A stretch of 19,929 bases of DNA from Octopus sinensis (Eukaryota): contig NW_021824175.1 of NCBI RefSeq assembly GCF_006345805.1, positions 1 to 19,929 on the forward strand, given 5' to 3'. Positions 1 through 10,016 of this stretch are shown here, piece by piece. Under the pieces are notes generated by a model. It ran no database searches. It was not told the DNA's origin and saw only the letters and a program-made list of their open reading frames with translations. Positions within the stretch are counted from its first letter, which is position 1; every line of letters starts with the position of its first letter. The translations under genes were made by a program, and so were the position numbers.

Positions 1-414
1 ACACACCACTCAAAGCTATCTTCGTATCATACTTAATTTATACACATTGCCGATAGGTCAGTTACTGTGGATTTTATTCTTAAATAACATCTCTTATGCA
101 TGTGGTACCTTAAAAGTAGAATAAATATCAGAGGGAGACGAAAATTTGCCCCAGCCTGCATGTGTGTGTGTGTGTGTGTGTGTGCATGTGTGTGTGAGTG
201 TGTGCGCGCGCGTGTGTGTCTATGTGTACATATGCTTACACATGCATTCATAGAAACGGTTTACTAGCCGTCATCTTAGTGTCTAAGGATGATTAGTAAA
301 CTGAAACCACGAATTCAATGTATACATGTTGCTATGTATGCATATATGTATGAGTATATGTATGTATGTGTGTGTGTACGCGCGCATTTATGTAAGTATG
401 TGTGTTGGAATCTA

Positions 415-565
415 CCCCAGTGCGTAACTGGTACTTAATTTATTGACCCCGAAAGGATGAAAGGCAAAGTCGACCTCGACGGAATTTGAACTCAGAACGT
501 AGCGGCAGACGAAATACCGCAAAGCATTTCGCCCGGCGTGCTAACGTTTCTGCCTGCTCACCGCC
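415..565 (-). mobile_element. tRNA-derived SINE family A, 5' part
   Basis: Reverse complement aligns closely with the 5' ~150 bp of the copies at 14185 and 16651 (GGCAGAAACGTTAGCACGCCGGGCGAAATGC...GAGTTCAAATTCC B box). Confidence 0.9.
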
Positions 566-567
566 TT

Positions 568-635
<68 letters not shown>

Positions 636-644
636 GGTAAGTAT

Positions 645-845
645 GTGTGTGTATGTGTGTGTGTCTGTTTTGTGTTCCCGATGTTGGTGTGTTTACGTTC
701 CCCTAAGCTAGCGGTTCGGCCAAAGAGGCCGATAAGTACTAACTAGGCTTACAAAGAATAAGTCCTGGGGTCGATTTGTTCGACTGAAGGCGGTGCTCCT
801 GCATGGCCAGAGTCACATGACTAAAACAAGTAAAAGATGAAAGAC
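645..845 (+). mobile_element. SINE family B, 3' half
   Basis: Matches 1850-2040 (GGTGTGTTTACGTTCCC...GCGGTTCGG...AAGGCGGTGCTCC...ATGACTAAAACAAGTAAAAG). The 5' head is absent, with a (CA)n(TA)n tract and an inverted family A copy in its place. Confidence 0.85.
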
Positions 846-1632
846 AAAAAGAAATGTAATTACATTTTCTATTGATCTATGAGTGGTGTAGTTGCAATGT
901 TTACCTCGGTAGTCTGTTAAACGAAAATGGCAAAATACTAACCAAAGGTATTGAAAAACATCTAGTTGTGTATTCCTTTCATTAGTGCTTATAAATCCTT
1001 CCCTTCCCCCTTAACTGTTCTAATTTCTTTATGTAATACATCTTATTCAATGTCTACTCCCACACAACTGACAATCTCTCTCTATGACGTAGCGCTAATG
1101 TGACGTGACATGCGTGTTTTCTTCTGATGTAGCTGCACACTTGTCATCTTACAACTTCAGCACACACCCGCTACTTCTTCTCTGATGTTTAAGCTAATTT
1201 CCAAGCCAAGCAGTGCAGTAAATGCATGAGGCTGCACAAGGGCTTATACTAACAGCACAAATATCACATCCCACGCGTTCCGTTGACATGAGCAATATGA
1301 ACGACAAAATCCCCTGGGAAAAGACGGTTGCGGCTCCATATGTATGAAACAGATGTATTAAAGATGTGCATGTATTTAGATCTTCTATAAGAGGATCAGG
1401 AATCAAGTAGACTCAGGGATTCAGAGATGTAAACTCGATGTATAAGATCCTACTTCAAGTATTTGCACGAAAATGGAAAAAAAATAACAAAATAACAAAA
1501 AACTAAACAAAAAGACTATTCCTTGATTAGGTCATGTCTTACGTAGGAACAAGCGTTATGGTTATCTTGATGGAATAAGAAAGACGTTGTGATGTTTATG
1601 CATTTCCCAAGTTTATTAATGCTGCAGATATA

Positions 1633-2040
1633 GGCGTAGGAGTGGCTGTGTGGTAAGTAGCTTGCTTACCAACCACATGGCTCCGGGTTCAGTCCCACTG
1701 CATGGCACCTTGGGCAAGTGTCTTCTGCTTTAGCCTTGGGCCGACCAAAGCCTTGTGAGTGGATTTGGTAGACAGAAACCGAAAGAAGCCCGTCGAATAT
1801 ATGTATATATATGTGTGCGTGCGTGTGTATGTTTGCGTGCCTGTTTGTCCCGCCAACATCGCTTGACAACCGATGCTGGTGTGTTTACGTTCCCGTAACT
1901 TAGCGGTTCGGCAAACGAGACCGATAAAATAAGTACTAGACTTACAAAAAATTAGTCCTGGGTTCGATTTGCTCGACTCAAGGCGGTGCTCCAGCATAGC
2001 CACAGTCAAATGACTGAAACAAGTAAAGGAATAAGTAAAA
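1633..2040 (+). mobile_element. Full-length tRNA-derived SINE family B with internal microsatellite
   Basis: Pol III A box TGGCTGTGTGG at 1643-1653 and B box GGTTCAGTCCC at 1686-1696. Internal (TA)/(TG) tract at ~1797-1840, 3' stem-loop CAGTCA-AA-TGACTG at 2003-2016 and an A-rich tail. Near-identical inverted copy at 7301-7747. Confidence 0.92.
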
Positions 2041-2204
2041 TGGCTGTTTCAAATCGAAAACGATCCGAATCGAGGCTTTCGACTCGTTGTTAGATAGTCT
2101 TATGCTCAGCAATCCTCTCATAAGTAATTGAAAAAGAATAACGAACAGTACATGAGTGCAGAAGTGTTGCACAGCCCTATAAAACAATCGCTAAAAATAT
2201 AGCT

Positions 2205-2567
2205 TTATTACCTCCGCCTTCGCTAAGGCAGAGGTATTGTTTCCAGTCGTATTGGTTTGTTCGTGGACAAAATATCTCAAGAACCGCTGGATGGATTCGG
2301 ATGAAATTTTCAGGGATGTGAGGTCTTGAGACTGACACGAACTGCTTAGATTTGGGGGATCGATCTGGTCCCAGACAAGGATTCTGGATGATTTTCCCTG
2401 TGTTTTTTACTTAAATTTTGAGAGCGGACGGGTTCATTTTTAGTATTCTCGTGAGAGCATTCGAGTTTATTTCAGATATTCTCATTTTAAAAGTCCTCTC
2501 TGGCTAATTGCTGAGAGAACGTTGGTATTGCCTTGGTGGAGGTTTGCGCTTTCTGAGTGCTCTTGTT
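2205..2567 (+). mobile_element. Non-autonomous Helentron-associated (HINE/DINE-1-like) element
   Basis: T-rich ends. 5' subterminal ACCTCCGCC (2210-2218) pairs locally with AAGGCAGAGGTA (11/12 bp hairpin, 2209-2236) and with 3' GGTGGAGGT (2535-2543). A small 3' hairpin GCGCT-TTCTG-AGTGC (2546-2560) precedes CTTGTT. Confidence 0.7.
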
Positions 2568-2912
2568 TATTAAATATAATTATTTCATTTTCTTTAACTT
2601 CCCTCTCCGAGGAAAAGATTAACTGTTAATCTTATAAGAAGCCAACATAACAACAAGAGCAATTATTTTGCTTGATGGTGGTGATGATGGTGGTAGTGAA
2701 AGGGGAAAGGGATAACTGGCCTTCTTTAATCATTGCAGTATAAAACCTGTGTTTTAACTGATGTTGCCTCCGTAAAAAATATTTAAATATATGAAAATAA
2801 CAACTACTTAGCCATACAGTTATTGGCAATTGAAATATTTGTGAGGAGATAATGTTCCTAATTGTCTTAAGGATACTTTTATATAAAGCAGGTACATATG
2901 TGATTGATTTGT

Positions 2913-2953
<41 letters not shown>

Positions 2954-2971
2954 GTGTGTGTGTGTGTTTTA

Positions 2972-3376
2972 TTCGTTTATTCAGTGATTGGACGGTGGTC
3001 ATGCTACGTCACGCCTCGAATTATTTAATAGAACAAATCGACCCAAGCATTTATTTTAAGTATGGTATTTATTCCCTTTTTTTTTTGCAGAACTGTTATG
3101 TTACGAGAATGCAAATAAACCAACAACGGTTGCCAAGCGGTACCAGTATAAACACAAATCACACACAAACACAAACACACCACACGCACATACGCGAACA
3201 CACACGACGGGTTTCCTCGTGGTTTCCGACTCTCAGATTCACTCACAGAGCTGTGATCAGCTTGGAGTCAGTGTACAATACATACGTATACTTAAGAAGT
3301 ATCAGACAAATGTGACTGAACCAGAAACCATATAGTTGCGAAGTGAAATTCTTAACTTCACTGCTACGCATGCGCC
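2972..3376 (-). mobile_element. Diverged full-length SINE family B copy
   Basis: Collinear degenerate matches to 7301-7747 (TTCAGTGATTGGAC, AAATCGACCC, ACGACGGG, TTCACTCACA, GACTGAACC...CCATA), with the internal (CA) tract at ~3160-3205. Confidence 0.75.
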
Positions 3377-3421
<45 letters not shown>

Positions 3422-3596
3422 TTCCTCCATTGACTAGAATGGCAGAAGTGAAGTAGAATGTAAAATGTCGTACAGAACGTTTCTCAAAAGTGTTCAGCAA
3501 CTTATTATTCACAAGTTTCAAACGAGGCCTGGGTACGTTGTTGTGATTGACGTTACGGTGATGGTAGGAGTTGACGTTGCTGCTGTTGTTATTGTG

Positions 3597-4015
3597 ATCA
3601 ACCCCCAAGTAAACTTTGGACGAGCTGAACGATGGTCAATAGTGTTTCAGCCGTGACTATCTTGCCTCTCTTATGTATATATCCATGACTAAATTATATT
3701 CGAAGGGTTCCCAAAAATTCTTGATTTTAAGGATATCGCGAAAGGCTTAGTTTGAGGCCCAACCTTCTAAGTTCTTTTACAGAGCTTAGAAAAACTGAAG
3801 GACCGCTACATTAAGTGTGTGAATATGAGAAGGGAATATGTTGAATAGAAGAATTAGCTGATCCTCCTGTATTTTCTTTTACCCAAAGCCAGGAACTTTT
3901 CACTACCCCCTCGTAGTGTATGAATCCTTACATTTTTTTTGTTAGAGAAACTGAAGTGTAATTTGAGAGAGATTTGGCTGTTATTTCTTGCTGATTGCAC
4001 AACCGTGTCCCGGCT
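3597..4015. mobile_element. Old dispersed repeat family C, split by a mariner MITE
   Basis: CAGCCGTGACTAT (3648-3660) resembles CCAGTCATGAC (13671) and CCAGTCGTGACCAT (13853). GAGATTTGGCTGTTATTTC (3969-3987) resembles GAGATTTAGCTGCTATTTC (5249-5267). Confidence 0.6.
3701..3913 (+). mobile_element. Mariner-derived MITE with transposase C-terminal remnant
   Basis: ~28-bp TIRs (right AAAGCCAGGAACTTTTCACTACCCCCTCG followed by TA, left degenerate). 3751-3780 reads FEAQPSKFFY and 3786-3848 reads LEKLKDRYIKCVNMRREYVE*, matching the mariner C-terminal 'KL..RW.KC....G.YVE' motif. Confidence 0.85.
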
Positions 4016-4422
4016 GACTTACCGACCCCCGTCAAATCGGCTTTGATCAAACAGACACCTGATACCCCAGGGTTCTGAATGTGTTACCAGTTTTAAAATG
4101 CTAAGATGTGTTTTAAATAAATGACAAAGTGTTAATGAAGGCGGAGGAATGGTGGTAATGTTGGTACGGAGAGTTGTGAATGTCTGACATAACGAGTTGG
4201 TTTTGTTGTTATTGTTTAAGTGTGTGTGTGTATGTATGTATGTGTGAGTGTACACACACACACACACGCCGCGCGCGCGCAGAAATGGAAGCGAATGAAT
4301 ACTGCAAAGCAACACTACACTTGTTTCAGTAGCGCAGTTTATTCCAAATACAAGTCCATCGCATAACTTATTAGGCAACACTACATGAACGTGCATTATT
4401 ATATAACCACCCATTTTTTCAG

Positions 4423-4532
4423 GTGATTTTCTTCCAATGTTTTCCAGGAGATACCCAACCAAACATTTTGACAAAATACCAGATCATTTGGTGAGGTATC
4501 GCTTAGAAAATATCCTGCTGAATATCATCTGA
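4423..4532 (+). CDS. Possible exon of an unknown gene (terminal coding or internal/UTR)
   Basis: Acceptor CCATTTTTTCAG|G in non-repetitive sequence. The phase-1 frame reads (G)DFLPMFSRRYPTKHFDKIPDHLVRYRLENILLNII*. Alternative donors are GTGAGG at 4491 and GTATCG at 4496. No homology recognised. Confidence 0.25.
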
Positions 4533-4788
4533 AGAAATGAGAGGTTGTGTAAGGATACACATTTACAAAATGTAACCTAAATTATGCAATGGACTCGTAT
4601 TTGGGATAAACATCACTATTGAAATCCGTATAGTGATGTTTGAAATGTTTGTTTGTTTCCGTTTTTGCTTACTGAACATTGCACCGCAAATAATGTATCA
4701 ATTATTCCTTAAATACATACACAGAGTTGCAGGATGCCCGGAACTAGTGAAAAATCGGTTAATTTTGTACACAGTATTGATTTGACAA

Positions 4789-4812
4789 GCCACAGTCAAA
4801 TGACTGAAACAA
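4789..4812 (+). mobile_element. Extreme 3' tip of SINE family B (or of its partner LINE)
   Basis: GCCACAGTCAAATGACTGAAACAA is identical to 1999-2022. Confidence 0.7.
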
Positions 4813-4813
4813 A

Positions 4814-5006
4814 TATGTATGTATGTATATATATATATATATATATTGATAGATAGATATATGTATATCTGTTATGTATATATTTGGTGTATATCTCTAT
4901 ATTTCTATATATATTAGATACATATATATGTGTGTATATGTATTATATATCTATTATATATTTAATATATATATATATACATATGTATATATATATGGTG
5001 TGTATA

Positions 5007-5075
<69 letters not shown>

Positions 5076-5152
5076 ACATATGCATATGTGTATGTGTTTA
5101 AGTGTGTGTGTATGTGCGTGTGTGTGCGCGCGTGTACATATATATATATATA
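4814..5152. repeat. Compound microsatellite (TATG/TA/GATA/TC/TG)
   Basis: Direct inspection. Confidence 0.95.
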
Positions 5153-5224
5153 TACGACTATATTAATCAGAGTGTATTTCTTAGTTGAAGAAAATTAGGC
5201 TCCCACTTTCTTTGTTTGCGATAA

Positions 5225-5305
5225 ATAGCAGTAGGATATGAATCAACTGAGATTTAGCTGCTATTTCGCGCAAATCATGCTATCACTCAGAGAAGATGCC
5301 CTGAG
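5225..5305. mobile_element. Family C fragment
   Basis: GAGATTTAGCTGCTATTTC is shared with 3969-3987. Confidence 0.5.
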
Positions 5306-5746
5306 CTTGTGTAAGTGTGTAAAATTGCTTTCCTACATGCTGTAGCAGACAGTGTTCAAGGCTGATATTGATTTCTTTCATAGGGACAATCCAAACCAGC
5401 CTACATGTAGAAGGAAGGACATGTAGAAGAAAGAGAGGAAGTGAGCGGAGGACGATGAATATAACGAAGGAGGTAGGAGGAAGCGGAGGAGGTGGAAGAG
5501 GTAGAGGAGGTTTATTATAGCAAAGACGATGTGGCGTTATATAACATTCATGCCTTACTCGAGTGATATAACTTATGCGAGGTGAAACGTAGCTAAACAA
5601 GTTTCTGTACTAACCCACAGGAAATCCCTCTCCGAGAACGTGTTTTTTCATTGTGAATACATATACATGCACCAACGTACATGCATATACTCTTACACGC
5701 ACAGACAGACAGACACACACACACACATACACACATACATATACAT

Positions 5747-6041
5747 AGCCTGGTACTTAGTCCAACGGTCAATTTTGCTGAACCGCTAGGTCACGGAGAC
5801 GTAAACATTAGCTATCAAGCGGTGGGTGGGGGATAAACATATACAAAAAGACACACACTCACATAGATGTACATATATGTACGACGGGCTTCTTCCAGTT
5901 TCCGTGCAGCAAATCCACTCACAAGGCTCTCTGGTCGGCCCGAGCCCTATGGTAGTAGACATCTGCCCAAAGTGCCATGCAGTGGAACCGAACTCGGAGC
6001 CATGTGTTGGGAAGCAAGCTTCTTACCACATAGTCACGCCT
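5747..6041 (-). mobile_element. SINE family B copy lacking its 3' end
   Basis: GAACCGCTA...GACGTAAACA...ACGACGGGCTTCTT...CAAATCCACTCACAAGGC...TGCCATGCAGTGG...CTTACCACA matches the reverse complement of 1633-1940. Confidence 0.85.
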
Positions 6042-6043
6042 AC

Positions 6044-6076
<33 letters not shown>

Positions 6077-6093
6077 ATATATACATATATATA

Positions 6094-6143
<50 letters not shown>

Positions 6144-6286
6144 ATACATGCATACATGCATACATACACACACACACACACACGCATCTACACACACAAG
6201 ACACATATATGTATATATGTATATAATATATACATATATACATATTTATATATTTGTATAAATGTTTTTCTCTCTCTCTCTCTCTC

Positions 6287-6340
<54 letters not shown>
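6042..6340. repeat. Compound (TA)n/(TG)n/(CA)n/(TC)n microsatellite
   Basis: Direct inspection. Confidence 0.95.
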
Positions 6341-6341
<1 letters not shown>

Positions 6342-6490
6342 GAAGGGCTTCTGCACATTTTCCATCTATCAAATTCACATTGCTTGACTTGAGGCTAGTA
6401 GTAAAAGACTCTTACGAATGATGTCGCGCAGTGGGACTGAACCCAAAACCATATGGTTTTAAAGCGATATTCTTAACCATACAGCCACGA
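6340..6490 (-). mobile_element. SINE family B 5' head, diverged
   Basis: CGCAGTGGGACTGAACCC (B box reverse complement)...AACCATACAGCCAC (A box reverse complement). Confidence 0.75.
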
Positions 6491-6537
6491 CCAAACCATT
6501 ATCCTTCTGAAATTATGTACTTTTCGGGCTACAACTA

Positions 6538-6681
6538 CCTATTTCTTTATTACCCACAAGGGGCAAAACATAGAGGGGACAAGCAAGGACAGACATAGGT
6601 ATTAAGTCGATTACATCGACCCCAGTGCGTAACGGGTACTTAATTTATCGACCCCGAAAGGATGAAAGGCAAAGTCAACCT
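6538..6681 (-). mobile_element. SINE family A, 5'-truncated
   Basis: Reverse complement of 16737-16880 (CCTATTTCTTTATTACCCACAAGGGGC...CGACCCCGAAAGGATGAAAGGCAAAGTC). Confidence 0.9.
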
Positions 6682-6768
6682 ACCATCTTCTAAGACGGTA
6701 GGGTTTTATTTGAGGCAGCTTTGACTGTTATGTTTAGCAAATCGAGCATCCACATAACTTCTCGTAGT
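6682..6768. mobile_element. Family C fragment
   Basis: TAAGACGGTAGGGTTTTATTTGAGG resembles TAAGACAGTAAAGTATGATTCGAGG (15353-15377) and the 3950-3990 segment. Confidence 0.5.
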
Positions 6769-6834
6769 CCCGACTAACTTAAGGCTGTAGTGTGCGCGAA
6801 TGTATATTATTTTGTCTCCGTAATTTTCATATTT

Positions 6835-7300
6835 CACGTTCGCGTGCATTTTGCTTTGGCATGCGGTGTGTGCACCTGTACGTATGTGAATGTGTGTGTG
6901 AGTGAGTGTGCACGTGAGTGTGTGTGTGTGTGAGTGTGTGTGTGTGTGTGGTGCATGTATATGTGCGTTTATATCTATGTGTGCATATATGTTGTTTTGC
7001 GTGTGTGTACATCCTGTGTTCTGCATATGCCATGCATTTTGCGTTCGCGTGCATATATTGTGTGTGTGCACTGTGTATTTTTTGTTAACACGCATTTTGC
7101 TATGCGTTTATCTATGTGCATGTATGTGTGTGTGAGAGTGTGCGTGCATGTACGTGTGCGTTTATATCTATGTGTACATATGTAATGCCTTGCGCGTGTG
7201 TACGTCTTGTGTTGTGCATGTGCCATGCATTTTGTGCTCGTGTGCATTTTTTGTGCATGTACCATGTATTATGAACATGCACGCATTTTGTTACGTGTAT
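6835..7300. repeat. Degenerate ~193-205 bp tandem repeat rich in TGCA/GCATTTT
   Basis: GCGTTTATATCTATGTGT at 6965 and 7158, TGCCATGCATTTTG twice, CGTTCGCGTGCAT at 6837 and 7042. Similar composition resumes at 7750-8045. Confidence 0.7.
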
Positions 7301-7539
7301 ACTTTACTTTACTTTACTTTACTTTTACTTTTACTTGTTTCAGTCATTTGACTGTGGCCATGCTGGAGCACCGCCTTTAGTTGAGGAAATCAACCCCAGG
7401 ACTTATTCTTTGTAAGCCAAGTACTTATTCTATCGGTCTCTTTTTGCCGAACCGCTAAGTGACGGGGACGTAAACACACCAGCATCGGTTGTCGAGCAAT
7501 GCTAGGGGGACAAGCACAGACACACAAACACACACGCAT

Positions 7540-7585
<46 letters not shown>

Positions 7586-7747
7586 GGCAGGCATCTTTCA
7601 GTTTCCGTCTACCAAATCCACTCACAAGGCATTGGTCGGCCCGGGGCTATAGCAGAAGACACTTGCCCAAGATGCCACGCAGTGGGACTGAACCCGGAAC
7701 CATGTGGTTGGTTAGCAAGCTACTTACCACACAGCAACTCTGCGCCT
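7301..7747 (-). mobile_element. Young full-length SINE family B with (AGTAA)n tail
   Basis: High identity to the reverse complement of 1633-2040. Tail (ACTTT)n at 7301-7335 and internal (CA)n(TA)n at ~7515-7584. Confidence 0.93.
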
Positions 7748-8061
7748 ATATTTATGTATATTTATGTATGTCGCATTTTGTATTGCGTATGCACAATGTA
7801 CTTTGGATATTCGCACATTCTGCTGTGCGTGCATATATGTGCGTGTAACTGTATGTGTGTTCTGTATAGCGTGTCCGCAATGTATTTCGTGTGTCTTTCA
7901 GCGCATGCATTTTTCTCTTGCGTGTGTGCAATCTAGTTTCTGTATGCATTCCCTTGTGCGTATGTGCATGCAGGTTTTGCGTTAATGTGCACATTTAGAC
8001 ATTTAGGGCTACGCGTGTGTATGTGCACGAGTGTGTATGAGTGTGCATAGTTTTTTAAGTA

Positions 8062-8108
<47 letters not shown>

Positions 8109-8119
8109 ATATCTATCTA

Positions 8120-8207
<88 letters not shown>
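8062..8207. repeat. (TCTA)n(TC)n(TA)n microsatellite
   Basis: Direct inspection. Confidence 0.95.
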
Positions 8208-8211
<4 letters not shown>

Positions 8212-8418
8212 ATGTTTTTTCGTTGTTAAAAATGTCCTTTTCCTTGTTTGGTTTTATGTTTTCGTTTCTCGTTGTGTTCTACGTTTATTTGTGGTGTCCT
8301 GTACTCATATATGCATGTATATATACATATAGATGTAGGTATGTACATATATATATGTATGTATGCATATGTTTTATTTATTAAATTGTTATTATATATA
8401 TATTCGTTTTGTTTCGGT

Positions 8419-8735
8419 GGAGGCGCAATGGCTCAGTGGTTAGGGCAGCGGACTCACGGTAGGAGGATCGCGGTTTTCGCGATTCCCAGACCGGGCGTTG
8501 TGTGTGTTTATTGAGCGAAAACACCTAAAAGTACCACGAGGCTCCGGCAGGAGTGGGGGGCGACGATTCCTGTTGTACTCTTTCGCTACAACTCTCTCTC
8601 ACTCTCTCTTCTTGTTTCTTGAGTAACGCTGCGATGGACTGGTGTTCCGTCCAGCTGGGAGGAAACACACACGCCACAGAAATTGGGAAACCGAGCCCAT
8701 GAGCCTGGCTAGGCACGAAAATGGCGACGAACGAA
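8419..8735 (+). mobile_element. tRNA-derived SINE family D
   Basis: Head GGAGGCGCAATGGCTCAGTGGTTAGGGC (A box) and a degenerate B box GGTTTTCGCGATTCCC. Internal CTGCGATGGACTGG...GTCCAG motif. The 3' part GGAAACC...GCCCATGAGCC is shared with 13210-13237. Confidence 0.8.
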
Positions 8736-8744
8736 ATATATATA

Positions 8745-9257
8745 TCTATATATATAAAACTGTAGTTGTGTGAGTGTCTGTCTCCTACGATTTAGATTCC
8801 TAACTCCTCCCACATTTTGCGGTGCAGTTTAACCAAATTCGGGTATCTTATAGTCGTGATTAATATCAAGCCCGTCTGGCTATTAGCGCGCGTCTACGAT
8901 GAGTCTACGATTTTTAAAATAATTTAACATCATTTTTTATTCCATTTTAATGCATAATTTTTCGTGTGTCGATGGCGGCGGAGTTGGCGTCCATGGTCAC
9001 ACCTGCACCTGCTTGCTTCTCCCCCTTCTTCCCTCCCTCGTGAAGCTGTGGGGAAGGGAGTGTAAGGAAATCAACGTCGTAAAGCGTTGTCAAGGAGACC
9101 AGCGTTCTTTTAGAACAACGACTTCATGGCTTGAAGACACCAAAACAGAAATGGCTAAGAAAGCCCGAATTGGCATCTATAAAGGAAGTAACTCTCTAAA
9201 AATGCTTATATAGTTATTTCCCTTACAAACCCGAGCAACGCCGGGCGATACTGCTAG
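8745..9257 (+). mobile_element. Non-autonomous Helitron (canonical type)
   Basis: 5' A|TCTATATATATAAAA, 3' GC-rich hairpin CCCGAGC-AAC-GCCGGG (9230-9245) ending 8 nt before CTAG|T. Inserted between A and T within (TA)n, with no TSD. Confidence 0.88.
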
Positions 9258-9370
9258 TATATATATATATATATACCTCTGTGTGTGTGTGCGTGTGTTG
9301 TTCCTGTACATATATATTCTTATAAACTTTGATTTTTATTTTGTTCATAGACGAACATAAATCGGTTTGC

Positions 9371-9401
<31 letters not shown>

Positions 9402-9955
9402 CGTGTGTGTGTGTGTGTGCTTATGTGAGCATTTACACATATCTCTATGTGCGCTTTAAAAACATCCTGGTAGCGCGAGTGTTATAAGTTTGCATGTCTT
9501 AACATTGTTTTCGTTAACTTTTGCGTCTCTCCATTCGTATATGCTAGAAAAAGAAACACACCCAAACACACTCACACATACATACATACAGACACAGTCA
9601 AACACACACTTACAAGCTTCCATACACAGACTCACACGCACGTAACCCACCCCAATGAGAGCTGGAAAGAGAAAGACAGTGAGAGAGAGAGAAGGAGATA
9701 GTTGCAGTGACAGTGACAGAGAGATAGGTCAACAAACAAGATTCAGACAGACTGTCTAAAGTGTATCGAGATAGATGGGGTGCCAAATAAATAGAAGACG
9801 AAGTCTCAGAGAGGAGGAAAAGTATGAGAGACTAAAAGAACCCAAATGAAATATAGACAAACAGTTAAGGTGTCATTCCGACAAGCTGATTGTCACATAG
9901 CATAATCTATAAGGCCTGCCTGACTTGGGCCGTCGGAGGTTACGCATCATCAATT

Positions 9956-9962
9956 AGATAAG

Positions 9963-10016
<54 letters not shown>

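Noticed and set aside
1666-2009. ORFs similar to 7489-7936 and 5826-6392, suggesting a gene family
   Set aside because: The similarity is simply copies of SINE family B.
4874-8384. Many YI/CV/HT-repeat ORFs
   Set aside because: They come from dinucleotide microsatellites and SINE sequence.
8419-8495. Possible tRNA gene (also at 1633 and 14185)
   Set aside because: A and B boxes are present, but there is no proper cloverleaf and the sequence continues into SINE bodies.
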